DNA of 64,000 nucleotides from positions 702,884-766,883 of the forward strand of contig CAVXRO010000006.1 of the NCBI GenBank assembly GCA_963764235.1, given 5' to 3'. Source of the DNA: an uncultured Bacteroidota bacterium. GTDB taxonomy: Bacteria; Bacteroidota; Ignavibacteria; Ignavibacteriales; Ignavibacteriaceae. Shown here piece after piece: positions 38,863 through 50,851 of this stretch. How positions within the stretch are numbered: the first letter of the stretch is position 1; each line of letters opens with the position of its first letter. The position numbers and the translations under genes are program-made. The notes under the pieces are model-generated. The model was not told the origin of the DNA and searched no databases. It saw only the letters and a program-made list of their open reading frames with translations.

Positions 38863-41010
38863 ATGTTTAATTCAAACACATTTTCTTTTATAATTATTTT
38901 TCTTTGTCTGGTGTTTGGCAACACTACTCTTTACTCGCAAATTCTTGTAGTAGGTGATACATCGATTACTAAAGTTGATACACTCAAATATGAAACTGAT
39001 GACGTTGTAGTAACAGCAACCAGAGTTGAGCAGAAAATAATTGATATACCGTATCCTGTTACTCGTCTAAAAAGTTCTCAATTCAAATTCAGCAGGAGGG
39101 TATCTGTCGATGATGTATTGGAAAATGTGCCCGGTTTATTTCTACAATCCCGATACGGGAATCATGATGTAAGGATTGCAATAAGAGGTTTTGGAAGCAG
39201 GTCAAATACCGGGATACGGGGTGTGAGGATTCTGCTTGATGGAATACCGGAATCAGAGCCAGACGGACAGACTAGAATTGAGGCAATTGATTTCAATTCA
39301 ATTGGAAGTATTGAAGTAGTAAAAGGTAATTCCTCTAGTCTTTATACAAATGCACCTGGAGGAGTAATCAATTTCATCAATGATATATATTTCCCCTACT
39401 CTTTCGCAACCCAATTTAACGAGTTTGGTTCTTTTGATTTGAGAAGAAACGGACTGAAATTTGGAGTAAGAACAGATAAATACGGTTTGTTGGGGACGTA
39501 CAGCTATCACAACTATAAAGGTTTTAGGCCTCACAGTGAAGATTACTGGCATATATTTAATACGGTTGTTGATTTGCTTCCGGGAGATGGAACGAACCTG
39601 CAGATATTAGGATATTTTGTTGATGGATTAATAAAATTACCAGGCTCATTAACTAAAGATGAATTTGAAGAAGATCCATACCAGGCAGCACAGAGAGACA
39701 TGGACAGAGATTCAAAAAGAATTACCACAAAAGGAAGGCTGGGATTAAAGTTCAATACAAAATTCGGCAAGAATAATAACCAGGAGATAGAGATCCTTCC
39801 ATACGGAACGATCAAATATTTCCACCGTACCTCAGCCGAATATCGAATTATGAATCGTTACGGTTTAGGTAGTTCTTATAGGTATATAAATAAACACACG
39901 ATTGCCGGACTTGACAATGAGTTTTCAATAGGTGGAGATTTTCTTTATCAATCAGGTCCTATAGAATACTACAACAATATTGGTGGACAAAAGGGAGACC
40001 AGCTTCTCGCGCTTACTGATGAAACAATTGGCAATAATGGATTCTATTTTTCAGACTTTTTAGAATTGTATGATAAAAGATTTTATCTTCTTTTTACAGG
40101 CAGATATGATAATGTGTATTATGAAACTGTGGATGAGTTATTAGAAAGCAGAAATGCATTTAGGAGATTTGAGGCATTCACGCCTAAGGCAGCGCTTAAT
40201 TTTAAACTTACACAGAGTGTTGCCATTTATACTTCCTATGGACTAAGTTTTGATTCACCGGCAGGAAATGAAATGGATAACTATCCAACAAGTTCCAATC
40301 CATCCATATTGATCAATCCTGATTTAAATGCTCAGAAATCAAAAAACTTTGAATTGGGAATTAAAGGGAATATTCTGATTCCGGAATCGCAGTTCTTCAA
40401 CAATATTATTTTTGAAGCAACATTTTTTAATATTTTGATTGAAGACGAAATAATACCGTTTGAAGTTTATGGAGATGTTTTCTTTCGTAATGCAGCAAAG
40501 ACTAATCGTACAGGTCTTGAAATTGGGGGTAGCATAGATGTGTTTGAAGGTTTAACTTTACAAGTGTCGTATACTTTCTCAGATTTTGTCTATGATGATT
40601 ATATCGCACTAACTGTTGATGAAAACCTGGATACCTTAACTCAAAACTTTACCGGTAATTCTGCCCCAAGTGTTCCAAAGCATAATTTATTCTTCGCACT
40701 TGCATACAATCATCCTCTTACAAATCAAATCACAGGATTTATTCGAGGGAGTATAAGATATGTAAGCGGTATGTACGTAGATGATGCAAACTCAGATAAA
40801 ATTGCTGATTACACAATCTTTGGTACAGAATTAGGATTTGATTTGGTCTTTGGAAAATTTAATCTGCTTATCTCCGGAGGTATTAATAATATAGCGGATA
40901 AAGTCTATGCTGGATTTATAAATATAAACTCAAGCAACGGAAGATTCTATGAAGCAGGCGAACCACAAAATTTTTATGCGGGAATTAGATTGGGTTATAT
41001 TTTCAATTAA
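38863..41010 (+). CDS. TonB-dependent receptor (siderophore/haem-receptor size class)
   Basis: 715 aa. Signal peptide, plug region 'VVVTATRVEQKIIDIPYPV...FLQSRYGNHDVRIAIRGFGSRSN...RILLDGIPESEPDGQ', beta-barrel remainder. Confidence 0.85.
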   Translation: MFNSNTFSFIIIFLCLVFGNTTLYSQILVVGDTSITKVDTLKYETDDVVVTATRVEQKIIDIPYPVTRLKSSQFKFSRRVSVDDVLENVPGLFLQSRYGNHDVRIAIRGFGSRSNTGIRGVRILLDGIPESEPDGQTRIEAIDFNSIGSIEVVKGNSSSLYTNAPGGVINFINDIYFPYSFATQFNEFGSFDLRRNGLKFGVRTDKYGLLGTYSYHNYKGFRPHSEDYWHIFNTVVDLLPGDGTNLQILGYFVDGLIKLPGSLTKDEFEEDPYQAAQRDMDRDSKRITTKGRLGLKFNTKFGKNNNQEIEILPYGTIKYFHRTSAEYRIMNRYGLGSSYRYINKHTIAGLDNEFSIGGDFLYQSGPIEYYNNIGGQKGDQLLALTDETIGNNGFYFSDFLELYDKRFYLLFTGRYDNVYYETVDELLESRNAFRRFEAFTPKAALNFKLTQSVAIYTSYGLSFDSPAGNEMDNYPTSSNPSILINPDLNAQKSKNFELGIKGNILIPESQFFNNIIFEATFFNILIEDEIIPFEVYGDVFFRNAAKTNRTGLEIGGSIDVFEGLTLQVSYTFSDFVYDDYIALTVDENLDTLTQNFTGNSAPSVPKHNLFFALAYNHPLTNQITGFIRGSIRYVSGMYVDDANSDKIADYTIFGTELGFDLVFGKFNLLISGGINNIADKVYAGFININSSNGRFYEAGEPQNFYAGIRLGYIFN

Positions 41011-41101
41011 CAATATGCTGATTTATTTGGAAATTAAATTATTTGGTTAATCCATATAATAATTTACTTAGTATAATAATGATTAACTTTGGAGAGATAA
41101 A

Positions 41102-42730
41102 ATGGATAGCGAAATAATGAAATATGTATTTCAGAAATTAATTCTTTTATTGTTTCTTTCAACGATTGTAAACGCTCAGGATATAAACAAAAATTTCAGT
41201 ATAAATATTGGTGAGAACTTCATACTTTATCCAAGCAATTTTAATCAAACCGAGGTTTTCATAACTACTCATCCTACCAATCCTAATGTTATTTTTGCCT
41301 CGGCGAATACTATTATGTTTGTCCCTTTTTTTATAAGTGAAGGTATATATGCTACAACAGACGGTGGAGTTAATTGGTATGGATCAGATACATGTAAAGG
41401 CGCACCAATAACGTCGCATGAAGGAGATCCCGGAATTACTATTGATAAGGATGGAACGTTTATTCTTACAAGACGCGGTTTTTCCCCAGGTCTATATTCA
41501 CATTACTCTACGGATTTTGGAATTACTTGGTCTAATCAAAAAACAATTTCAAATGATGATCTTGAACGTGCCACTATGACGTCAGATGCACATTATGGCA
41601 GTCCAAATTTTGGAAGAAGCTATGCAGCATGGGTAAAGTTCGCACCTCCTTTCCCTTTGCAATTTTCCTATACTGATGACGGTGGATTAAGCTGGTCTAC
41701 TCCGGCACAGATAAATAATCCAATTCAACGAAGTGCTGGTGGAGATATAACAATGGGACCTGATGGAATAGTTTATGTATGTTGGGCGGGAGTTACTTCT
41801 GTGTCTCCGTTTACTGAAGATTTGGTTGGTGTTGCTACATCCGCTAACGGTGGAAGTAACTGGCAAGTCATCGAAAATGCATTTGATATGAACGGTATCA
41901 GAGGAGTTCTTTCTACAAAGGGAAATATCAGAGTAAATGGATTACCGAATATTGCAGTAGATACAACCGACGGCCCAAGAAATAATTGGATTTACATTGT
42001 TACCACACAAAAAGATTTAGCGCCTGCTGGAAGTGACCCTGATGTAATTTTAAATCGTTCATCTGATGGTGGACAGACCTGGTCTACTGGTATAAGGGTT
42101 AATCAGGATGAATTAAATAATGGAGCAATTCAATACTTTCCCGCAGTTCATGTGGATAAATATGGCGGATTGAATATTATTTTTTATGATGATAGAAATA
42201 CGACTTCGGATTCAACTAGCGTTTTTTTAGTTCGATCAGAAGATGGTGGAAATAGCTGGCACGAATTTGAGATAAGCGATAGGAACTTCAAGCCTTTGCC
42301 AATTGGCGGTTTAGGACAAGGATATCAGGGCGATAATATTAGTATTACATCATCAAATGATAAACTCTGGCCTGTTTGGATGGACAACAGAACAGGGAAT
42401 TATCAAATTTGGACGGTGCCGATAGAAATTTCATCAGTTAATGTTGAACCTGCTGATAAAATGCCTTTCAAATTCAGTTTAAAGCAAAATTATCCCAATC
42501 CATTTAATAGTTCTTCAGTAATAAATTATTCAATTCCTCAAATATCTCAAATTCAAATTAAAATCTTTGATGTATTAGGAAATGAAATAGAAACATTAGT
42601 TAATACAGAAAAACCTGCAGGGAGTTATGAAGTAACCTGGAATGCAGCTAATCTGCCAAGCGGAGTGTATATCTGCCAACTGAAAGCGGGCAGTTTTGTA
42701 CAAACAAAAAAAATGATTTTGTTAAGGTAG
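41102..42730 (+). CDS. BNR/Asp-box repeat (sialidase-fold-like) protein with T9SS C-terminal sorting domain
   Basis: 542 aa. Six Asp-boxes: 'TTDGGVNW', 'STDFGITW', 'TDDGGLSW', 'SANGGSNW', 'SSDGGQTW', 'SEDGGNSW'. C-terminus 'QNYPNPFNSSSVINYSIP...GVYICQLKAGSFVQTKKMILLR'. Confidence 0.8.
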   Translation: MDSEIMKYVFQKLILLLFLSTIVNAQDINKNFSINIGENFILYPSNFNQTEVFITTHPTNPNVIFASANTIMFVPFFISEGIYATTDGGVNWYGSDTCKGAPITSHEGDPGITIDKDGTFILTRRGFSPGLYSHYSTDFGITWSNQKTISNDDLERATMTSDAHYGSPNFGRSYAAWVKFAPPFPLQFSYTDDGGLSWSTPAQINNPIQRSAGGDITMGPDGIVYVCWAGVTSVSPFTEDLVGVATSANGGSNWQVIENAFDMNGIRGVLSTKGNIRVNGLPNIAVDTTDGPRNNWIYIVTTQKDLAPAGSDPDVILNRSSDGGQTWSTGIRVNQDELNNGAIQYFPAVHVDKYGGLNIIFYDDRNTTSDSTSVFLVRSEDGGNSWHEFEISDRNFKPLPIGGLGQGYQGDNISITSSNDKLWPVWMDNRTGNYQIWTVPIEISSVNVEPADKMPFKFSLKQNYPNPFNSSSVINYSIPQISQIQIKIFDVLGNEIETLVNTEKPAGSYEVTWNAANLPSGVYICQLKAGSFVQTKKMILLR

Positions 42731-42750
42731 GATTAGGGTGAGTTTACCTG

Positions 42751-42777
42751 AAAGCCCGGTACCTCCCGGGCTTTTTT
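42751..42777 (+). terminator. Rho-independent terminator (between convergent genes)
   Basis: 'aaagcccgg' / 'ccgggcttt' stem with a 6-nt loop and a T-run to 42777. Confidence 0.8.
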
Positions 42778-42790
42778 ATTTGAAAGACAT

Positions 42791-43585
42791 CTAAGGTTTT
42801 ATTCCCTCAGCTTCAAGCCTTACCATGGTAATATGGACCTTCCCGTTTCCATCCGTAGGGTATTTCTTTACAAACAGATTTGCCGTTTCGGTTATAAACT
42901 TTTCTCTTTTATCTTCCGGTATACGCTGAGTATATGGGAGCCAGGTTGTTCTTATAAAGCCTTTAAACCCTTCGATCCCGTCGTGTATCATATCTTTAGT
43001 AAGCATCTCGATCCTTAGGGGTTTGAGTTTTGCCCCTGGAATGAGAATTTCATAATCCTTGTCACTGAGGAAGTTGTACGGTGATTTCGCATCCTTAAGG
43101 TATGGCGACCATTCATCCAGAAGCGACATTTCCCGGACAGTTTCAAATGCCGCAGCGGCGTTTCCTGTACCGCCTGTCTGAATAAGGAAGCGTCCACCCG
43201 ACTTAAGGCTTCGGGATATCCCTTCCATAACTTTTTTATGGTCATCAACCCAATGCAGAGCTGCATTTGAGAACACCACATCAAATTCATTATTAAATGT
43301 CAGCTCCTTAGCATCCATTACCCTGAACGAAAGATTCAGGTATTTATCAGGTGGAAACTTTCTGTTAGCCAGTTTAATCATCTCTCCTGAATTATCCACT
43401 CCTATCACAGATCCGTGCCCAACAGCCTCAACAATTTTAACGGTTATCCGACCGTCGCCGCAGCCTAGATCGAGTACATTTTCATTCCCTTTTAGATCTA
43501 TTTTCGCAAGGAGTTCATTCGCCCATTTCTCCTGGGCAGACGAATATTTTGCATATTCATCAGCATTCCATTCAAACTTTGCCAT
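42791..43585 (-). CDS. Class I SAM-dependent methyltransferase (trans-aconitate methyltransferase-like)
   Basis: 264 aa. 'VLDLGCGDGRITVKI' motif I, 'FDVVFSNAALHWV', N-terminal 'WNADEYAKYSSAQEKWANELL'. Confidence 0.8.
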   Translation of the reverse strand: MAKFEWNADEYAKYSSAQEKWANELLAKIDLKGNENVLDLGCGDGRITVKIVEAVGHGSVIGVDNSGEMIKLANRKFPPDKYLNLSFRVMDAKELTFNNEFDVVFSNAALHWVDDHKKVMEGISRSLKSGGRFLIQTGGTGNAAAAFETVREMSLLDEWSPYLKDAKSPYNFLSDKDYEILIPGAKLKPLRIEMLTKDMIHDGIEGFKGFIRTTWLPYTQRIPEDKREKFITETANLFVKKYPTDGNGKVHITMVRLEAEGIKP

Positions 43586-44186
43586 TATGATCTTTCTTTT
43601 TCCTTTTCAAGTTGAAGTTTGAGTGCAGCCAGATTTTCTTTACGCGTATCTTCGTATTTTTTCTTTGCATAGTCAGTATAAAACGAATTTGATTCCACGA
43701 AGCGTATGTTCTCCATAATCCATTCGGTGTCGGAAAATTCCCTTTGTATAGTAAATCCCCATTCTTCGCGGAGATAATGTACCCTGCTCATAAAATCCTT
43801 TTTCCCGATGTAAGCAATGTCTGCATCGCACATTATTTGTTCGAGTTTGTTTTCAGGATTATGAGGAACCCTTGTTGAGAGGATAAGCTTCTTTACAGTG
43901 GCAATTTTACCGGGTGGATAGTTTTTCTTCTCAAGAAATTCTTCAGCTATTTCAGCGCCTCTTTTTTCATGATTCCATACAGCATCAGGATAACCTATAT
44001 CATGAACCATGCAGCAATCAAAAGCAATTCTGATTCACCATCAGCTATCCCGGTATTGTCAGCCAGGTCCCTAACAATATCTACAACCTCCTTTGTATGC
44101 TGCAGGTTATGATATCGAAAAAATGAGGGATGAGTCTTAAATATTTTCTCAGCGTATTGTGAGACTTCTTCGATTAATTGATTCAT
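43585..44186 (-). pseudogene. HD-domain phosphohydrolase split by a 1-nt frameshift inside the HD motif (~44002..44010)
   Basis: ORF 43995..44186 ends '...YHNLQHTKEVV...LLLIAAWFMI*'. ORF 43585..44010 starts 'MVHDIGYPD...'. Joined, they read AAWF-HDIGY, the canonical H...HD pattern. Confidence 0.75.
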
Positions 44187-44262
44187 CTCTATCAGTTTCT
44201 GAATGGATAATCAAATTTAATATAAAGAATATGCTGCAAAAACAGAATGATCTGCTTAATAA

Positions 44263-45174
44263 TCAGCTATGGTTTTCTGCCTGCAGTTTCTGTTTTCTTG
44301 CGCCCTGCTTGACGATTATGACGCCTATTATTATTACTGCCGCAGCAATAATAATAGGGAGATTTAATTTCTCATCGAGAACAAGCCAGCCCAGGAAAAG
44401 TGCAATTACAGGATTTATGTAAGCGTATGTTGAAACAAGAGAAAGAGGGAGATGTTCAATAGCATAAATGTAAGATCCGTATCCAAACATAGAACCTATA
44501 AACACCAGGTAAAAGAACGAAATCAGACCGTCCGTATGTAATGATATCCTGGCCCATTCTCCTAAAAAAGATCCCAGTATCGTCTGAGCTGTACCCGCTA
44601 CCAGCATTTGTACCGCTGCCCTCATTAAAGGGTGTACCGAAACTTTTTTGTACTTGGAATAAACAGTTCCGAAAGACCATGCGATTACCGCGCCCAGGAT
44701 ACAAATTACTCCCAGCAGATAAGCAGGATTTAAAAGATCTGACCAGTTACCGTTAAATATCAGGGTTACTCCCATTAGGCCCAGAAAAAGACCTGATAAA
44801 ATCATAAGGTTTATTTTTGGACCCGTTGGTATAAATGTCTCCATACCTACAACCCAGAAAGGAACTGTTGTTATAAGTAGAGCGGCCAGTCCGCTTCCTA
44901 TATATTGCTCGCCTGTTACAACGAGTCCGTTCCCGATTCCGATCAGGGCAATACCGACAACAGAGATATGTATTAATTCTTTGCGTGTGGGAAGCTTCTT
45001 TCCTCTCAGCTTTAGGAAAGAAACGAAAATAACGCCCGCAATTATCCATCTTGATCCTGCAAATAGCATCGGCGGTATATGTTCAACGCCGATCCTGATT
45101 GCCAGGTAAGTGGTTCCCCAGACTATACACACAGCTATCCACGCTAAGTAGGCTCTGAAATTACCCTTATCCAT
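44263..45174 (-). CDS. DMT-superfamily transporter (two EamA domains)
   Basis: 303 aa with 10 predicted TM helices and internal duplication typical of EamA. Confidence 0.8.
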   Translation of the reverse strand: MDKGNFRAYLAWIAVCIVWGTTYLAIRIGVEHIPPMLFAGSRWIIAGVIFVSFLKLRGKKLPTRKELIHISVVGIALIGIGNGLVVTGEQYIGSGLAALLITTVPFWVVGMETFIPTGPKINLMILSGLFLGLMGVTLIFNGNWSDLLNPAYLLGVICILGAVIAWSFGTVYSKYKKVSVHPLMRAAVQMLVAGTAQTILGSFLGEWARISLHTDGLISFFYLVFIGSMFGYGSYIYAIEHLPLSLVSTYAYINPVIALFLGWLVLDEKLNLPIIIAAAVIIIGVIIVKQGARKQKLQAENHS

Positions 45175-45332
45175 AGTTCAAAATAATCCTGATAAAATTG
45201 GAGTTTTCCGGAAAATTGAGCCTTAAAATACTACTTTTATGTTAAATTAGAAGAGGGGGAGAATCTTATCGTAATATCCTGAATATTTCCTTATTTTTAC
45301 ACCCAACTAAAAAAATACCTTTTGAGGAAAAT

Positions 45333-46730
45333 ATGGCGGATGAAATAACCACACCTGAAAAAGAAGAAGAAACTGTACTCAAACAAACCGTTAAAGAGAT
45401 AACCCAGCCGTTCAAAGACCTGGTTCGTGCTTCAAGATTATTGTGGGGTGTAAACGTATCCTATTTTCTGGAAGGATTAGTCTACTTTGGAATGCTGGGT
45501 CTGCTTGCAATTTATTTTAACACATACGCAGGTCTAAACGATATCCAGGCTGACCAGATGGTTGGTATTCTGACCGCCGGTATAACGTTAAGCATGCTTT
45601 TCCTGGGTGCAACAGTTGATATCATTGGTGTAAGAAAATCATTTCTTATCTCACTGAGTCTGATGCTCGTCGGCAGGCTGCTGATAACAATCAGTCCCGA
45701 TATTTTTTCCTCCACGGGGATGTGGTCCGGCGTTCACGGCATGGCGATGTTTGGAATACTCTGGATAGTTTTAGGATATGGAATTTATCAACCTGCTGCA
45801 TATGCTGCAATAAAAAGATTCACCACGAAAAAGAATGCCGCAATGGGTTATGCAATGCTTTATGCGCTTATGAACTTGGGCGGATTTATGCCGGGACTTA
45901 TTTCCCCGCCCGTTAGGAAAGCCTTTGGAATTACCGGAGTTTTCTGGGTTTATGACGGACTGACACTTGCCGGTATAATTGTGGTAGCAATCGTTCTTTC
46001 CAAAAAAACCATACAACGTGCAACCGAGCAGTTATCAGATGAACAGAAACAGGAAGTTGCCGAAGAAGCTGAGAAATCTTTTAAAGAAAAATTGAAATAT
46101 TATATAAAAAATTTCCCCTTGAAGGATCTCCGGTTCATGTATTTTATTTTTATTCTGATTCCGGTTCAAACGCTTTTTGCACATAACTGGTTAACACTGC
46201 CCCAGTACACCAGCCGTGCCTTTACCGGATTTGTGCAGGATAATTTCGAGTTTTTCGTAAATTTTAATCCGATCCTTATCTTTATACTTACTCCTATGAT
46301 TGCTGCCCTTACCGCCAAAAAAGATGCATATAAGATGACTATTCTAGGAACCCTGGTTATGGCCTCGCCTACATTTATCCTTGTCCTTGGACCTAATATC
46401 ATTACCCTTTTTGCTTTCATAATTATAATGACGATCGGTGAGGCAATGTGGCAGCCGCGTTTTCTGCAGTGGGTAGCTGAAATCGCTCCTAAAGGAATGA
46501 CGGGTATTTATATGGGTATAGGACAATTTCCATGGTTCCTTACAAAGGTGATTACAGCCATGTACGCGGGCTGGTTCCTGATGAAATACTGTCCTGAAGG
46601 AGTACCGCCGTCTCAGATGAATACCGAGACAATGTGGTTTATATACGGACTGATTGCAATGGTAAGTCCTCTGGGTTTATGGCTCGCTAAAAAATGGATG
46701 ATAAAAGGATTTAAGACAAAAGCAGAATAG
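45333..46730 (+). CDS. MFS transporter (POT/PTR2-like N-terminal motif)
   Basis: 465 aa with about 12 TM helices. 'YFLEGLVYFGMLGLLAIYF' resembles the ExxERFxYYG region of peptide transporters. Substrate not inferable. Confidence 0.65.
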   Translation: MADEITTPEKEEETVLKQTVKEITQPFKDLVRASRLLWGVNVSYFLEGLVYFGMLGLLAIYFNTYAGLNDIQADQMVGILTAGITLSMLFLGATVDIIGVRKSFLISLSLMLVGRLLITISPDIFSSTGMWSGVHGMAMFGILWIVLGYGIYQPAAYAAIKRFTTKKNAAMGYAMLYALMNLGGFMPGLISPPVRKAFGITGVFWVYDGLTLAGIIVVAIVLSKKTIQRATEQLSDEQKQEVAEEAEKSFKEKLKYYIKNFPLKDLRFMYFIFILIPVQTLFAHNWLTLPQYTSRAFTGFVQDNFEFFVNFNPILIFILTPMIAALTAKKDAYKMTILGTLVMASPTFILVLGPNIITLFAFIIIMTIGEAMWQPRFLQWVAEIAPKGMTGIYMGIGQFPWFLTKVITAMYAGWFLMKYCPEGVPPSQMNTETMWFIYGLIAMVSPLGLWLAKKWMIKGFKTKAE

Positions 46731-46774
46731 GTTTATTTTAACTAATTTTGTATGGTAACTTTATTCATATATGA

Positions 46775-48097
<1,323 letters not shown>

Positions 48098-48109
48098 TTT
48101 TTTCACTCA

Positions 48110-48130
48110 GAGCCGGGAAGTACCCGGCTC
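48110..48130 (+). terminator. Stem-loop after eno (weak terminator or attenuator)
   Basis: 'gagccggg' / 'cccggctc' 8-bp GC stem with a 5-nt loop. Only a poor T-tract follows. Confidence 0.45.
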
Positions 48131-48151
48131 CCTAATTTTACCGGGGAGAAT

Positions 48152-49534
48152 ATGCCTGTAAATGATCTTCAAAAATGTAAAACTCTCATAAAACAAAATA
48201 AAATCGAAGTAATTGACCTGAAAGCAATAGACCTTACGGGGCGTCTGCACCATATATCGCTTCCAGTTTGTGATAATATTCTTGATAAAATGATTAATGA
48301 AGGAGTTGGATTTGACGGTTCGAGTTACGGATTCAAAAAAGTTGAAAACAGTGATATGGTCCTAATTCCCGACCTTAAAACTGCTGTTATCGACCCTTTT
48401 CGTGAGGCACCGACCTTAAGTTTTTATGCACACATTGCACTAACAGATGAGGAAAGGACTCCCTTTAATCAGGACGGCAGATATTTGGCAAAACAGATAA
48501 AGGGTCTTCTTAAAAAGACTACCGGAGCTGATTCATCCTGGTGGAGTACTGAATTTGAATTCTACATTTTCTCTAATGTAGAATATGATACGAGAACATC
48601 CTCGTCATATTATAAAGTAGAGCATGCAGAAGAGTTCTATAAAAAAGCTTATCACGCAGCAAATCCTTTTGATGAATATGATGACTTTCGTGATGAGGCA
48701 AGCAAGCTGCTTCAGAAATTTGGAATAAATGTTAAGTATCATCATCATGAGGTTGGTGAAAGAGGACAGCAGGAGATAGAAACTTATTTTTCAAATCTCC
48801 TTTCAACCGCAGATAATATTATTACTGCTAAATACATCCTCTTTAACTTTGCACGCCGTAAAAATCTTTTTATCACCTTTATGCCCAAGCCAATGTATCA
48901 CCAGGCAGGCAATGGAATGCATTTGCACTTTTATTTGACAAAAAACGGGAAAAATGCATTTTATAAAAAAGGTGAATACGGGAATATGAACGAGCTGGGG
49001 AGATTCTTCATAGGAGGTATGCTTAAGCATGGACCCGCACTATCTGCGTTTACAAATCCAAGTACAAATTCATACAAAAGACTGGTGCCGGGATTTGAAG
49101 CTCCGGTTGCTTTAATGTACGGACAGGGAAACCGTGCGTCTGCCATTAGGATCCCCAAATATGTTTCTAATCCTGAGGAAACGCGTTTTGAGTATCGTCC
49201 GCCTGATGCTACAGCCAATCCTTATCTTTGCCTGATAGCTATGATGCTTGCCGGTATAGATGGTGTGGTGAATAAGATTGACCCGGTAAAGGAAGGCTTT
49301 GGTCCATATGATAAAAATTTCCTCGAAGATCCTGAAAGTTCGAAGTTCCAGTTTCTTCCAAGGAACCTTGCTGAAGCCCTGGACGCTTTAGCTGCCGATA
49401 ACGATTTCCTCCGCCGGGGAGGAATCTTCACTGACGAACTTCTTGAGCAATGGACAAGAATAAAGCTGGAAGAAATTCATTCAATAGGTACAATGCCTCA
49501 TCCCTTCGAATACAAAATGTACTTTAATTTGTGA
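48152..49534 (+). CDS. glnA: Glutamine synthetase (type I-like)
   Basis: 460 aa. 'EFEFYIF', 'KPMYHQAGNGMHLHF', 'NSYKRLVPGFEAPV', 'GNRASAIRIP'. Confidence 0.9.
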   Translation: MPVNDLQKCKTLIKQNKIEVIDLKAIDLTGRLHHISLPVCDNILDKMINEGVGFDGSSYGFKKVENSDMVLIPDLKTAVIDPFREAPTLSFYAHIALTDEERTPFNQDGRYLAKQIKGLLKKTTGADSSWWSTEFEFYIFSNVEYDTRTSSSYYKVEHAEEFYKKAYHAANPFDEYDDFRDEASKLLQKFGINVKYHHHEVGERGQQEIETYFSNLLSTADNIITAKYILFNFARRKNLFITFMPKPMYHQAGNGMHLHFYLTKNGKNAFYKKGEYGNMNELGRFFIGGMLKHGPALSAFTNPSTNSYKRLVPGFEAPVALMYGQGNRASAIRIPKYVSNPEETRFEYRPPDATANPYLCLIAMMLAGIDGVVNKIDPVKEGFGPYDKNFLEDPESSKFQFLPRNLAEALDALAADNDFLRRGGIFTDELLEQWTRIKLEEIHSIGTMPHPFEYKMYFNL

Positions 49535-49815
49535 GTAGAGCTATAACTGTACGTAATTAAATAGATTATAAGAATTTAACACATAAATAATTGATATAAA
49601 GAAACAAATAGGCAACAAATACTTCAAGAAATACCTATTTGGGATTAGGAGGTTTTCCTGAACTCAACTTACCTTTTTTAGATTAACTGGCTTCCCTGTT
49701 ACCTATTCCCTTTCTAATGCTGTTCAATTTTATTACAATTGTTTACAACCAATTCGGTAATACATATAAAATCCTAGGTGCATCATTGATTGTCACATTT
49801 GTAGAAATACTAATT

Positions 49816-50595
49816 TTATGCAAAGGATTTCCTTCTTATATAAATATCACCAAAGCTCGTAATTTTGAAATCATCAGAATTTATTATATCAATCATTTTT
49901 GTTGGATCAATCCATGAATTTAATTTAAAAATCATACTTTCACCCACCGAATAATTGCATTCTATATCACTATTTGTTTTTCTCATTTGTTCTATACAAT
50001 CAATTGCTTTCTCAAATTGCTCAGGGACCGTGTATTCGAAAGAAATAAAATTTACTGGGTGTGAAAGTCCCTTTAATACTTCCAATTCATAACCTTCTAC
50101 ATCAATTTTAATAAATATTGGTAATCCAAATTCTTTTATAATCTCATCTAATGTGGTTAAACTAACGTTTATTTTATTCTCCCAATTATTAGATTTAAAT
50201 CTACCACTTTTAACTGTGGCCTCCATCCAGTTTGTAGAAAACGTAGAAACGGAATGCAAATCTGAAATAAAAAAATCCTTAAACTCTTTTTTTTCACCTA
50301 AACCTTTTTTTACTATTCTGATTTTCTTTCCATATTTCAACTCCAAAAACTTATAGCAATCTTCTTGTGGTTCAATGGCAATCACCTTTGCACCTATATC
50401 TAACAAAGGATCAATTCTATTACCGATATTAGCCCCAACATCGAAACATAAATCTCCCTTTTTAATAAATGATGAATAAAAAATCCTCCTCTTTTTTCTC
50501 ATTATTTTTTTTGAGGAATTGGGGAAAAAACTTTTAAGGTAGAAAATATTAGATCGACCTACCATATTTTTTATTGTTTTTTGAATCATATTCAT
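49816..50595 (-). CDS. FkbM-family methyltransferase
   Basis: 259 aa. 'CFDVGANIGNRIDPLLDIGAKVIAIEP' and 'FIKIDVEGYELEVLKG'. Confidence 0.8.
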   Translation of the reverse strand: MNMIQKTIKNMVGRSNIFYLKSFFPNSSKKIMRKKRRIFYSSFIKKGDLCFDVGANIGNRIDPLLDIGAKVIAIEPQEDCYKFLELKYGKKIRIVKKGLGEKKEFKDFFISDLHSVSTFSTNWMEATVKSGRFKSNNWENKINVSLTTLDEIIKEFGLPIFIKIDVEGYELEVLKGLSHPVNFISFEYTVPEQFEKAIDCIEQMRKTNSDIECNYSVGESMIFKLNSWIDPTKMIDIINSDDFKITSFGDIYIRRKSFA

Positions 50596-50851
50596 TTTCT
50601 TAAATGTATACTATCACCGAGAGTGGTAGCAAATATCATTACATTATAAACGGTTTGAGCAAGAGAAATCGAAGTGAGAAGAAGAAATATTAAAAACGGT
50701 AAAAAAATTGCTTCATAACTCCCCGATATATTTGATTACTCTAACTTAAATTAACTTTTTTCTGTGAAAATAGAAATAATGATTTTATTTATTTTATAAT
50801 GTCTGGAAAATCATATTTTTAAACTATTCTAAATTATTAGAGGGCAAAAAA

